Below, one piece after another: positions 9,831 to 18,969 of a stretch of DNA of 64,000 nt. The notes under the pieces were generated by a model, which worked only from the letters and a program-made list of their open reading frames with translations, did not search any database and was not told the DNA's origin. Within the stretch, counting starts at the first letter, position 1. Each line of letters opens with the position of its first letter. Source of the stretch: Akkermansia muciniphila (lineage in GTDB: Bacteria > Verrucomicrobiota > Verrucomicrobiia > Limisphaerales > BJHT01); assembly GCA_945861535.1 (NCBI GenBank), contig CAMAUZ010000028.1:6699-70698 (forward strand). Reading direction: 5' to 3'. A program made the position numbers and the translations under genes.

Positions 9831-9944
9831 AAAACCACTAACCGGCACTAACTGGCACTAATAAGACGGCCCGGCTGATTTCATTCCCCGGATGGAGCGT
9901 GGCTTGGTTTTCATTGGTGCCGGTTAGTGCCGGTTAGTGGTTTT
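9831..9944. repeat. Inverted-repeat element whose arms are tandem 10-bp units (ACTAACYGGC)
   Basis: aaaaccactaaccggcactaactggcactaat (9831-9862) is nearly the reverse complement of attggtgccggttagtgccggttagtggtttt (9913-9944). Confidence 0.85.
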
Positions 9945-10094
9945 CAGTCAGCTGGCAAGGACCGTGCGACCGTGCCGGATTTAGTTTCAGCCGCTGTTCA
10001 CGGGGACGGTGCAGAAGTAAACCGCGCCGGCCTGCTCCCCTCCGGCTCCAATTCTGCGGAACTGAATCTCGAGGAATGCGCTGACCCAGCCGTG

Positions 10095-10128
10095 CCAAGT
10101 TCGTGTTGCATATGCAACACGAACTTGG
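10095..10128. repeat. Perfect 34-bp palindrome
   Basis: CCAAGTTCGTGTTGCAT|ATGCAACACGAACTTGG, no spacer, no mismatch. Confidence 0.95.
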
Positions 10129-10329
10129 TCGCTCGATCAGTGGAGGTTTTGGTCACTGCGGGGCTGAGGGAGGTGCCCGCCTACGATACCGCGATGCGCG
10201 GGCAGAATGGCTGCCTCGGGTGTTTCAGGCCGTCAGGCAGGCTGCGGAATTGGCAGTAGCGGTTACATTTCCCGGAGCGTGGTTGCGCCTTTAAAGCCAG
10301 GTTCCGTTGTCCGATTGTCGCCCAAGACT

Positions 10330-10596
10330 ATGACCACGACCTTGACCGGCAAAAACCAAATCACGGTGCCCGCCGAAATCACCCGCCACCTGGGCTTGGC
10401 GGCGGGAGCGCAGTTCGACTGGGCGGTGGGTGATCAGCCGGACCAAATCACCATCACCATCAAGCCCTCCCGCAAACAACTGCTCGACCGGGTGCGGGCC
10501 ATCGGTCGGAAATTCCGGAAGCCCGGTCAGGACCCGGTCGCCGACTTGATCCGCGCGCGTGAGGAAGATGAGCGTTTGCGAGAAAAGACCCTGTGA
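10330..10596 (+). CDS. AbrB/MazE/SpoVT-family antitoxin (VapB-like)
   Basis: MTTTLTGKNQITVPAEITRHLGL AbrB signature; 88 aa; stop overlaps the PIN gene start. Confidence 0.88.
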   Translation: MTTTLTGKNQITVPAEITRHLGLAAGAQFDWAVGDQPDQITITIKPSRKQLLDRVRAIGRKFRKPGQDPVADLIRAREEDERLREKTL

Positions 10597-11036
10597 TGAG
10601 CGACACCTGCCTGCTCGATACGTCGGCCCTGCTGGCCCATTATCAGGAGGAGCCGGGGCATGAGATCGTGGACCGTCTCCTGGAAGAACGCGGCGGCGAG
10701 GTTTTCATCAGCGCCATCACCTGGCTGGAGTTTCACGTTCGCCTCAAAGCGCTTATCCCCGACAGCCGGATGCGTGCCGAGGCGCTGGCCATCTATGGTG
10801 AACTGCTGGCGGACTGTCTGCCGGTGACTCGCGAAGTTGCCCAAGCTGCGTTCGACCTTCGCGACCAGATTACCGAACGTATTCCCAACGCCGATGCGCT
10901 CATCGCCGCCACTGCCCGCCTGAAGGGAGCCACGCCGGTCCATCGTGACCCGCATCTCGCCCTGATCCCGGTGAAGCTGGTTCCACAAATCGTGCTTCCC
11001 GCCAAGCGCCAGCCCGCCCGGACCAGAAGGCGTTGA
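10593..11036 (+). CDS. vapC: PIN-domain toxin (VapC family)
   Basis: LLDTSALLA, ISAITWLE, DALIAATA, HRDPH PIN motifs. Confidence 0.88.
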   Translation: MMSDTCLLDTSALLAHYQEEPGHEIVDRLLEERGGEVFISAITWLEFHVRLKALIPDSRMRAEALAIYGELLADCLPVTREVAQAAFDLRDQITERIPNADALIAATARLKGATPVHRDPHLALIPVKLVPQIVLPAKRQPARTRRR

Positions 11037-11172
11037 TCGAAAACCGCCGGCGAACCACGGGCTGCACCACAATTCACGTCGCCCGCTGCCATTTTTTTTC
11101 AAACCGCTTGCCCCCTTCGCCCCGGCCCGCTAAACCCTTCCGACGTTTTTGAAATTCAACTGAAAATTCTCC

Positions 11173-12534
11173 ATGCCCTACTCCACCTGCACCGTCCCCA
11201 CCGGCGGCAAAATCTCCATCGCCAACGGCAAGCTCTCCGTCCCGAACAACCCGATCATCCCCTTCATCCGCGGTGATGGCACCGGTCCGGACATCTGGGC
11301 TTCCTCGGTGCGCGTGATGGATGCGGCCGTGGAAAAGGCCTACGCCGGCCAGCGCAAAATCTCGTGGATGGAAGTCTTCGCCGGCGAGGAGTCTTTCAAG
11401 AAGTTCAACAACTGGCTGCCCGACGACACGGTCGAGGCGTTCCGTGAATTTCTCGTCGGCATCAAAGGCCCGCTCACCACGCCCGTCGGCGGCGGCATCC
11501 GCTCGCTCAACGTCGCGCTGCGCCAGATGCTCGACCTCTACGTCTGCCTGCGTCCGGTGCAGTATTTCACCGGCGTGCCCAGCCCGGTGAAGCGCCCCGA
11601 GTTGGTGGACATGACCATCTTCCGCGAGAACACCGAGGACATTTATGCCGGCATCGAATTCGCCGGCGGCACGCCCGAGGCGCAGAAGGTCCTCGCGTTT
11701 CTCGAAAAGGAATTTCCGAAGGACTTCAAAAAAATCCGCTTCGGCACGCAGCAGGCGGGCATTGACTACATGAAGCTCGCCGCGCCCGATCACAGCCCGA
11801 GGAGCGCGGAAGTCTGCGTCGGCATCGGCATCAAGCCCGTCTCGGCGATGGGCACCATCCGCCTGATGAAGGCCGCCGTGGACTACGCCCTCCGCTTTAA
11901 GCGCAAGAGCGTCACCATTGTTCACAAGGGCAACATCATGAAGTTCACCGAGGGCGCCTTCCGCGACTGGGCCTACAACGCCTCCGAGCGCATCTACGGC
12001 GACAAGGTTTACACCTGGTCCAAATGGGAGCGCACCAAGAAGGAAAAAGGCGAGGACGCCGCGAACGCCGAGCAGAAGGCCGCGCTCGCCGGCGGCGCCG
12101 TCCTCATCAAGGACGCCATCGCCGACATCGCGCTCCAGCAGGTGCTCACGCGCCCGACCGACTTTGATGTCATCGCCACGCTGAATCTCAACGGCGACTA
12201 CCTCAGCGACGCCCTCGCCGCGCAGGTCGGCGGCATCGGCATCGCACCCGGCGGCAACATCAACTACGTCACCGGCCACGCCATCTTCGAGGCCACGCAC
12301 GGCACCGCCCCCAAGTATGCCGGCAAAGACCAGGTCAACCCCGGCTCCGTCGTGCTCTCCGGCGAGATGATGCTGCGCCACCTCGGCTGGATCGAAGCCG
12401 CCGACCTCATCCTCAAGGGCCTCAATGGCGCGATCGCCAGCAAGCGCGTCACCTATGACTTCGCCCGCCAGATGGACGGCGCGACCGAGATCAAATGTTC
12501 CGCGTTTGGTGATAACATGATCGCGCATATGTGA
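11173..12534 (+). CDS. icd: Isocitrate dehydrogenase (dimeric, NADP-type family)
   Basis: [72 protein letters not shown]. Confidence 0.97.
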   Translation: MPYSTCTVPTGGKISIANGKLSVPNNPIIPFIRGDGTGPDIWASSVRVMDAAVEKAYAGQRKISWMEVFAGEESFKKFNNWLPDDTVEAFREFLVGIKGPLTTPVGGGIRSLNVALRQMLDLYVCLRPVQYFTGVPSPVKRPELVDMTIFRENTEDIYAGIEFAGGTPEAQKVLAFLEKEFPKDFKKIRFGTQQAGIDYMKLAAPDHSPRSAEVCVGIGIKPVSAMGTIRLMKAAVDYALRFKRKSVTIVHKGNIMKFTEGAFRDWAYNASERIYGDKVYTWSKWERTKKEKGEDAANAEQKAALAGGAVLIKDAIADIALQQVLTRPTDFDVIATLNLNGDYLSDALAAQVGGIGIAPGGNINYVTGHAIFEATHGTAPKYAGKDQVNPGSVVLSGEMMLRHLGWIEAADLILKGLNGAIASKRVTYDFARQMDGATEIKCSAFGDNMIAHM

Positions 12535-12537
12535 GCC

Positions 12538-12608
12538 GTAACCGCCGAGGTACCGAGGCGGATCGGACGGCGCGGGCCGGAGGCCGCGCTCCGCACGGCC
12601 TCGGCTAC
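12538..12608. repeat. Degenerate GTAG-type REP doublet just after icd
   Basis: gtaaccgccgaggtaccgaggcgg ... ccgctccgcacggcctcggctac; a related arm gtagccgctgacgtgaggaagcgg lies at 37821. Confidence 0.5.
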
Positions 12609-12678
12609 GAGATGGGTAGGCCCCCACAGCACGGCATCGAAGGACTGGCAATCGCTCCCGCCGGGATCAGGTGCGGCC

Positions 12679-12946
12679 ATGAAAAACGAACGCAGCAGCT
12701 CGATTCTGGACGGGTTGCTGGAACCCGTCAGCCGTTGCTTCAACCGCGAAGTGGCGCGCGCCGATCGGCACGCAGGTAGGTGAACGCGCTCAGGCGCGGG
12801 TGGAGAAACTAGCCGGCAAGCGCGACGAGGCCCAGCTCACGCTGGAGAAGCAGGGCGAATACGAAGCCTGCGTTCACGCCAGCATCCTGACCGGCATTCT
12901 ACAGGTCGGAGTCCGTCGGGTTCTTACGCAAGCCATGGCTGGTTGA
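12679..12946 (+). pseudogene. Frameshifted small helical protein
   Basis: MKNERSSSILDGLLEPVSRCFNREVAR, frameshift near 12762, then IGTQVGERAQARVEKLAGKRDEAQLTLEKQGEYEACVHASILTGILQVGVRRVL*. Resembles a small PVC protein family I recall lying next to HNH genes. Confidence 0.55.
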
Positions 12947-12950
12947 TCGC

Positions 12951-13100
12951 CGTCGCCTCGCGGACAATCACTGCGAGGGTTGTTCCGTGCCGCTGGAGTG
13001 TGGGGCGCGCTTTCCCACATTGGGCGTATCCTTCCGCGCAGGAATGGCGGCGCCAAGAGTCCCGACCATCGTGCGTCCGCGTGTCCCCGCCTAGTCTCGC
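12951..13100 (+). pseudogene. Decayed HNH endonuclease fragment
   Basis: RRLADNHCEGCSVPL in one frame, then SHIGRILPRRNGGAKSPDHRASACPR in another; matches the HNH pattern RAxxxCEYC...HIEHIxPxxxGGxxxxxNLALACxxC with catalytic residues lost. Confidence 0.5.
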
Positions 13101-13151
13101 CGCACCCGCGCTCTCGCGGCCGTCCGGCGAGGATGTCCATACTTCAGGGAC

Positions 13152-13173
13152 CAGGTTTGGAAACCTGCGCTAC
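13152..13173. repeat. Single REP arm (GTAGCGCAGG family) overlapping the apbE stop
   Basis: caggtttggaaacctgcgctac, identical to the right ends of the elements at 30221 and 59409. Confidence 0.8.
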
Positions 13174-14270
13174 GTGCCGAAGAGATCGAGACTGTGGGCC
13201 GCGATGCGCAGACGTTTTCCGGCGCGGCCTTCGCAGGCGACGAGCGCTTTGATTTCTGGGCGGAGCGCGACGAGTTGCTTCAATCCGGGACGGCCGAGGG
13301 TGAGCAGCGCGGTCGAGATGGCGTCGCTGTCGATCGCGGAGGGGAGCACGACGGCGGCGAGTTGGGCTCGGCGGGTGGGGCGGCCGGTGCGGGGATCAAT
13401 GACGTGCCCGTAAGTGCGGCCGTTGGCGGTGAAGGATTTTCCCCAGACGGCGGAGACGGAGAGCGTGGTGTCGCAGAGGGGAACGATGCCGAGGACGGGC
13501 GCGGGGGTGAGTTTTCGGCGCGCCATTTCTGCACGGGCGGAAGCTGTAGATTCCGTCGGCGCGCCGCGCATTGCTCGGCGGGGGGCGATTTCCGTGGAGC
13601 TTGCCGAGCAATGCTCGGCGCTCCGACTTTGGCCAAGTGCATTCTCAGGATGTTCGATGGCGATGTTCCATGCGGCGGCGTCCGGCGGATGGCCGAGGGC
13701 GCAGACCGTACTGGTGCCGCCGTGGAGGAGACCGCTGGTGACGCCGAGGTCGCGCAGGATCCGCGTGGCGCGTTCGAGGGCGAAGCCTTTGCCGATGGCT
13801 CCCAGGTCGAGCTGCACGCCGGGGCGGAGGAAACGCACCGTGTAATTGTCGGGGTCGAAGTTGACGTGTCCCATGCCGACGCAGTGGCGGGCGGCGGCTA
13901 GTTGAGCCGCGGTGGGAACGCGTCCACCAGCCCCGGTGAGGCCCCAGGCGCGCAGGAGAGGGGCGATGGAAATATCGAAGGCACCAGCGGTGTCGCGGTG
14001 GAGTTGGGTGGCGCGGTGGAGCAGGTGGAAGACGGCGGGTTCGACGGTGACGGGTTCGTGCGCGGCGCGGGTGTTGAGGCGGCTGATTTGGCTGGCGGGG
14101 TTGTAGAAGCTCAGTTCACGGTCGAGGCGTTCGATCTCCGCGAGGGCTTCCTCGGCGGCGGCGCGGAGGGCGATGGGGTTGGGGCCGTGGAGGAGAATCT
14201 CGAAGCGCGTCGCCATCGCGTTGCGGGCGACAGCGACGGCGACGGGAGTGTTTTTCAGGGCGGGCTTCAC
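13170..14270 (-). CDS. apbE: FAD:protein FMN transferase with an in-frame repeat insertion
   Basis: AMATRF, LS.Y.P.S.IS.LN, GAFDI, LDLGAIGKG, YGHVIDPRTG.P, DA.STAL motifs. Confidence 0.92.
   Translation of the reverse strand: MKPALKNTPVAVAVARNAMATRFEILLHGPNPIALRAAAEEALAEIERLDRELSFYNPASQISRLNTRAAHEPVTVEPAVFHLLHRATQLHRDTAGAFDISIAPLLRAWGLTGAGGRVPTAAQLAAARHCVGMGHVNFDPDNYTVRFLRPGVQLDLGAIGKGFALERATRILRDLGVTSGLLHGGTSTVCALGHPPDAAAWNIAIEHPENALGQSRSAEHCSASSTEIAPRRAMRGAPTESTASARAEMARRKLTPAPVLGIVPLCDTTLSVSAVWGKSFTANGRTYGHVIDPRTGRPTRRAQLAAVVLPSAIDSDAISTALLTLGRPGLKQLVALRPEIKALVACEGRAGKRLRIAAHSLDLFGT
13557..13625. repeat. REP doublet inside the apbE coding sequence
   Basis: cggcgcgccgcgcattgctcggc ... gccgagcaatgctcggcgctccg (23-bp inverted arms, 2 mismatches; 69 bp in total). 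Confidence 0.8.
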
Positions 14271-14295
14271 GCTGGACGGTGGAGGGGACTGCCCC

Positions 14296-14447
14296 GAAAA
14301 ACGCAGGAGAGCGCAAAAGGGGGAGAACGATCGGGTTGCGGGCGTTGAACGCGTTGGCTACGGCGGTGGAATTAGCTTTGCGGGTCAACCATGTCGGTGC
14401 CTCACCGAGGATTTATTTTTGCGCCTCTTGGCGTTCTTTGCGGCTAT
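14296..14447. repeat. Inverted-repeat element (CGCAAAGAACGC..AGAGGCGCAAA family)
   Basis: aaaacgcaggagagcgcaaaa is roughly inverted to tttttgcgcctcttggcgttctttgcggc; the same unit occurs at 4690-4717. Confidence 0.6.
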
Positions 14448-14460
14448 CGCTTTGCTCCAC

Positions 14461-14501
14461 AAAAAAGAAAACGGGTTCCGCGGGAAACGCGAAACCCGTT
14501 T
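14461..14501 (-). terminator. Rho-independent terminator of the Gfo/Idh/MocA gene
   Basis: Minus strand AAACGGGTTTCGCG-TTTCC-CGCGGAACCCGTTT followed by TCTTTTTT, ~18 nt after the stop. Confidence 0.75.
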
Positions 14502-14519
14502 CGTGAGAGTCGGTGCGGC

Positions 14520-15905
14520 TTAGGAAACGTCGAGCGTGCCGTAGGTGATGGGCTTGACCTCGCGGCCGTCGCCGGTGGTGATCTTGCGGGTCTTCTCGTC
14601 GAAGAGGCACATGATGTTCAGGCGCTCGGACATTTCGGCGAGGGAGATGACGGTCTGCACGCGCACGGCGAGATCGATGCCGGCGTTGGGTTGCTTGTTG
14701 GCGCGGATCGAGTCGAACCAGTTTTTGTGGTGCGCGGGCACGCTCTCGGCGGGGAAAGCCTCGCTGATGTAGGGATCAATCTCCTCGGTGAATGGGCGGC
14801 CTGGGGTCAGCTCCACCTTGTTGCCGGCCATGGTGAGCGTGGCCTTGTGGCCGCGGATCAACTCCTGCGTGCCGACTTCGTTCACGGTGCTCGAGGTCAT
14901 GTGCATGACCATGCCGCTGGGGAATTCGGCGATGATCTGGACGATTTCCGGCACGTCGCGCTCGTAGGTGTTGGGCGTGTTCTTGTCGGTGTTGAGCTTC
15001 TTGTTGCCGAGCGACGAGACGCGGAGCGGGAACTCGGGGTTGCCCGTGGCGAGCATGTAAGGATGCAGCTTGTGCGGCATGAGGTCGCCCAGCAGCCCGG
15101 CGCAATACGGATAATATTTGCGCCAGCGGAAGTAGTGATCGGGATCGAACGGCTTCTTGTTCTTGATCTGGTCGCCGACCCACGCGGTCCAGTTGAGGTC
15201 CTCGGGCGTACACCATTTCTGGATGGCGTAGTTCCATTCGCCCTTGGGGCTGTTGCGCATGTAGGAGCCTTGGGACATGACGACGGGACCGATCTTGCCC
15301 GCGCGAATGAGTTCGGCGGCCTTATGCCATTTTTGATCGGAGCAGCCTTGCGAGCCGACCTGGAGAATCTTGCCCGTGGCTTTCACGGCGTCGTAAATCT
15401 CAAAGGCCTCGCCGAGGTAGCGGGTCATCGGCTTCTCGACATAGACGTGTTTGCCGGATTGCAGTGCGGCGACGGAAATCTTGGTGTGCCAGTGATCGAC
15501 GGTGGCGCAGTAGATGGCGTCGATGTCTTTGCGTTCGAGAACCTGACGGTAATCTGCGTAGCTCTTGGGCTGGTCGAAGCCGCCGTCCGCGATGATCTTG
15601 CTGGCGGTTTCGATGCGGGTTTTGGAAACGTCGCAGACGGCCACGGGAACGACGTTGTTCTCCTTGCCGTACTTAACGACGTTGCGGACGTGGGCGTTGG
15701 TGCCCTGACCGCCGACGCCAATGTGGGCGATGGTGAGGCGGTTGTTGGCACCGGTGACGTTTACCGAGGGCGCCTGATTTTGGCCGTAAACGGGAGTCTT
15801 GAAGAGGTTTACCGTGGCGACTGCGGCGGCGGCAGTGCCGGCCTTTTTAAGGAAACCGCGGCGGCTGTCGGCAGCTGCGGAGGGAGGAGCGGATGAGGTG
15901 TTCAT
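14520..15905 (-). CDS. Tat-exported Gfo/Idh/MocA family oxidoreductase
   Basis: SRRGFLK twin-arginine signal; IGVGGQG Rossmann motif; ATVDHWH, GKHVYVEKP, QVGSQ. Confidence 0.93.
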   Translation of the reverse strand: MNTSSAPPSAAADSRRGFLKKAGTAAAAVATVNLFKTPVYGQNQAPSVNVTGANNRLTIAHIGVGGQGTNAHVRNVVKYGKENNVVPVAVCDVSKTRIETASKIIADGGFDQPKSYADYRQVLERKDIDAIYCATVDHWHTKISVAALQSGKHVYVEKPMTRYLGEAFEIYDAVKATGKILQVGSQGCSDQKWHKAAELIRAGKIGPVVMSQGSYMRNSPKGEWNYAIQKWCTPEDLNWTAWVGDQIKNKKPFDPDHYFRWRKYYPYCAGLLGDLMPHKLHPYMLATGNPEFPLRVSSLGNKKLNTDKNTPNTYERDVPEIVQIIAEFPSGMVMHMTSSTVNEVGTQELIRGHKATLTMAGNKVELTPGRPFTEEIDPYISEAFPAESVPAHHKNWFDSIRANKQPNAGIDLAVRVQTVISLAEMSERLNIMCLFDEKTRKITTGDGREVKPITYGTLDVS

Positions 15906-15941
15906 TGGTTGTGATGTATCAGTTTTTACTGGGGCGGAGGA

Positions 15942-15969
15942 ACACTAGCGGAGGAACATGACGGGTCAA
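15942..15969 (-). promoter_or_regulatory. Candidate sigma70 promoter for the Gfo/Idh/MocA gene
   Basis: Minus strand TTGACC-16 nt-TAGTGT, ~36 nt upstream of the ATG. Confidence 0.4.
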
Positions 15970-16088
15970 TTGTGAACATGTACGGGCAGCAGAAATTTCG
16001 CAGAGCCAACGTGGCCTCCGACCAAATCACCCCCCCCGCCCCGCTTCCCTGATGCCAAATAGCAAAGGGGGAATGGCCTGTCGTCAAC

Positions 16089-18269
16089 CTAACTCTTCGC
16101 TCCGTAAACCCCTTTGGCTCCATACTTCCCGTAGTAGCTATAGTTGTAGTAGGAGTCGTAGTAATAGCCTCCCAAACCAACCCGGCGCGGCAGACGGTTC
16201 AAAATCAGTCCGGCCAGTGGCGCTTCTGCCTGGCGCAACATTTGCACCGCCCGCAACGTGGCTTTGCGCGGAGTCTTGTTGGCGCGGCAGACGAGGCAGA
16301 CAGTCTGCACTCGTTTCATCATCAAAAGGGTGTCACTGACCGCGTGGACCGGAGCTGAATCGATCACCACCCGGTCGTAGCTTAGCAATGCCTCCGCCAC
16401 CAATCCATCAATCCCGTGTTGGCCCAGCAATTCCGCCGGATTTGGGGCCGTCGTGCCGGACGGAATAAAGGAAAAATTCTCGATGCCGGTCTGCTGAACA
16501 ATTTCCTTCAACGTCTTTTGTCCAAGAATGTAATCCGTCACCCCAATCGCCTTCTTATCCTTGCCCGAAATTGCCTTTTCCACCGTCGGCCGTCGCAAAT
16601 CCCCGTCGATCAGCAGCGTTTTGGAACCCTGTTGGGCCAGACTGACAGCATAGTTCAGCGAACAAAAAGTCTTCCCTTCCGCCGGAATCGCACTCGTAAA
16701 CAAATAGACCCGTCGGTCCTCCGCCTTCCCAAGCATCGACAGGGAGGTTCTTAACGTTCGGATCGCCTCGGCACCAATCGACTTCGCATCGTCCACCACG
16801 ACCAGTCCACGATTATTTCCAAAGGCGGTGATCTGGGGAATGGCGCTAAGCACCGGTAATTGGATGAATTCCTCGGCCTGATCAACAGACTTGATCGAAC
16901 TGTCGATCTGGTTCAAGAGCAGCGCCAGCATAAACCCACCCATTAAACCCACCAAAACCGCCGCCGCCATGATCTTGACCTTCTGAGGTTTGGATGGCTT
17001 CTCTGGAGCTATAGCTGGTTGAATGAGCCGCAATTTGTCGGATTGCAATTCCTTGGTCACCTGACCCTCCTTCATTTTTTTCAAAACGTTATCGTACAAA
17101 CCGCGGTCGGACTCGACTTCGCGGGTCAACACATCGAATTCGATCCTCTGTTTGTTCAGGGCCAGCGCCTCGGTCTTAGCATCTTTCAGTGCAGCTTCTA
17201 ATGTTTCCTCGGAAGCCTTGGCTCCCATGTAGGCAGTCTCAATGGTCTTGGGAATTTTCAACACAGCATTAGTCAGCGAAGCCCGCCACTCGTTCAGGGC
17301 GCTGAGAGTGCCAATATACTTGGGATGCTTTGGGAGGTATCGCTGCTTGATGGTTGAGAATTCACTGTCAAACTTTGATAAATTCGATTGGATTTCCCGC
17401 ACGCTAAGATCATTTGCAACGCTGGTAATTCCCAGCAATGCGCCAATGTTCGCCCCTAATTGTTTGATCTGTGCCAAATCCGACTCCAATCGAATTCGAG
17501 CGGATTGTGCCTCCGTTACCTTCGCGGTGAGTTCCTTGAGTTTCTGTCCAATAAGATCCTTCTTATCGTCCAGCGAGATGTTAGCAACTTTCTCGCGATA
17601 CGCCTGGAGCGCCTGTTCCGATGCTCGCATTTTCTGCTTCAGCTTTTCCGCCTCCTCCACCAAGAATCGGTTGGCTGTTAGTCCGCTCGACACATATTGT
17701 TCAAAGGAGAGTTGCACATATTCTCTGAAGATCGAATTGGCCAGGAGGGCGGCCATCTCTGGATTGGGATGCTCGACTGACAAGTCGATCAGGCGTGTTC
17801 CCCGTCGCATCCTCGACTCAGTGATCCGTGTCAGCGTTGCAGTGACCCCTTCAGTGGATAATTCCTTTTCGGGTGCTGCAATTCCCGCAACGGCATCAAA
17901 CAACCCCTTTTTCTTTTCATAGATCGACAGAAACTTGCTGTTTCGAGTCAGTTGATTCGTCGAAGTCACCCGCTCAAGAACCGGGCGGCTGATGATGGTC
18001 TGTTCAAAAGTCTTGAGAACCTCGGTTGTATTCTGATCATCCTGCTTAAATTTCTCGAATATTTTTGATTCCTGATCGACCTGCAGGGTGAGTGTTGCGG
18101 AATAGATCTTTGGCGACCGAACGACATAAAGCCCACCCAAGAAGCTGGTGAGCGCCAGTACCAACAAAATTGCCCAAATCCGCTCCAAGAAGACGTGATA
18201 TATCTGACGAAGGTCAACAGAACTGCCAACATCTTGATCAAACTCCGACTCGGATCGGTTCTGGATCAT
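16089..18269 (-). CDS. wzc: Polysaccharide co-polymerase / BY-kinase (Wzc-like)
   Basis: Two TM helices flanking a coiled coil; EAIRTLRT, Walker A TSAIPAEGKT, IDGDLRRP, IDSAP; C-terminal Tyr cluster GGYYYDSYYNYSYYGKY. Start MIQNRS at 18269. Confidence 0.93.
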   Translation of the reverse strand: MIQNRSESEFDQDVGSSVDLRQIYHVFLERIWAILLVLALTSFLGGLYVVRSPKIYSATLTLQVDQESKIFEKFKQDDQNTTEVLKTFEQTIISRPVLERVTSTNQLTRNSKFLSIYEKKKGLFDAVAGIAAPEKELSTEGVTATLTRITESRMRRGTRLIDLSVEHPNPEMAALLANSIFREYVQLSFEQYVSSGLTANRFLVEEAEKLKQKMRASEQALQAYREKVANISLDDKKDLIGQKLKELTAKVTEAQSARIRLESDLAQIKQLGANIGALLGITSVANDLSVREIQSNLSKFDSEFSTIKQRYLPKHPKYIGTLSALNEWRASLTNAVLKIPKTIETAYMGAKASEETLEAALKDAKTEALALNKQRIEFDVLTREVESDRGLYDNVLKKMKEGQVTKELQSDKLRLIQPAIAPEKPSKPQKVKIMAAAVLVGLMGGFMLALLLNQIDSSIKSVDQAEEFIQLPVLSAIPQITAFGNNRGLVVVDDAKSIGAEAIRTLRTSLSMLGKAEDRRVYLFTSAIPAEGKTFCSLNYAVSLAQQGSKTLLIDGDLRRPTVEKAISGKDKKAIGVTDYILGQKTLKEIVQQTGIENFSFIPSGTTAPNPAELLGQHGIDGLVAEALLSYDRVVIDSAPVHAVSDTLLMMKRVQTVCLVCRANKTPRKATLRAVQMLRQAEAPLAGLILNRLPRRVGLGGYYYDSYYNYSYYGKYGAKGVYGAKS

Positions 18270-18270
18270 G

Positions 18271-18912
18271 TTAGAATAAGCCCTCTTCAACCGTGATGGT
18301 GTCGCCTGGAAGCACTTGGAAGGTTTGGGGATCGCCGCTCGCTGAGCGGCTCGTGGCGTCGATGTAGATGGTGGTAGCCTTGCCACCAAACTGGCGAGTG
18401 ACCGAGACTTTACTTTTCTTGGCGATTCTCGTAAATCCCCCGGCCAAGGCGATCGCTTGCGGAAAATAAACCACTTCCTCGCTCGGTATCTCAAATGAAC
18501 CGGGCTTCTGAACCTGTCCGAGAACGGTGAAGCGCTTCTTGCTATATTCGAGCACCACCAGCGTTACTTGGGGATTGACCAGATAATCACGCGCCAACTC
18601 CCTCCGAATCAAGGCCGTAGCCTCGTCCACAGACTTGCCCCCTAATTGAACCGCTCCCAACAACGGGAAGGTCGCACTGCCATCCGCTGAAACCCGCAGT
18701 TTGGTCTCCAAATCATCCTCTTGATACACCTTGATATGAATCAGGTCATTCGGGCTGATTCGGTACACCGATCCAATCGCCTCGGAGGAGGGGTTGTTCC
18801 CCTGGGCCTGCAGTTCGCCTGACAACAGCAGTATGACCTGACCGACGAACCAGATTCTTGCCCAATACCGACGCATCCTAGCCCAGTCCTTTGCGATTGG
18901 AATTGTTGCCAT
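18271..18912 (-). CDS. Polysaccharide export protein (Wza/Poly_export + SLBB)
   Basis: YRISPNDLIHIKVY, V..DG...FPLLG, V.GQV.KPG, A.ALAGG, PGD.I.V motifs; start uncertain (18875-18945). Confidence 0.9.
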   Translation of the reverse strand: MATIPIAKDWARMRRYWARIWFVGQVILLLSGELQAQGNNPSSEAIGSVYRISPNDLIHIKVYQEDDLETKLRVSADGSATFPLLGAVQLGGKSVDEATALIRRELARDYLVNPQVTLVVLEYSKKRFTVLGQVQKPGSFEIPSEEVVYFPQAIALAGGFTRIAKKSKVSVTRQFGGKATTIYIDATSRSASGDPQTFQVLPGDTITVEEGLF

Positions 18913-18969
18913 AAAATTAGTTTGGGGCGTCTTGCGACGCCCCATGACACCTAGCTAAAGCGCCAATTC

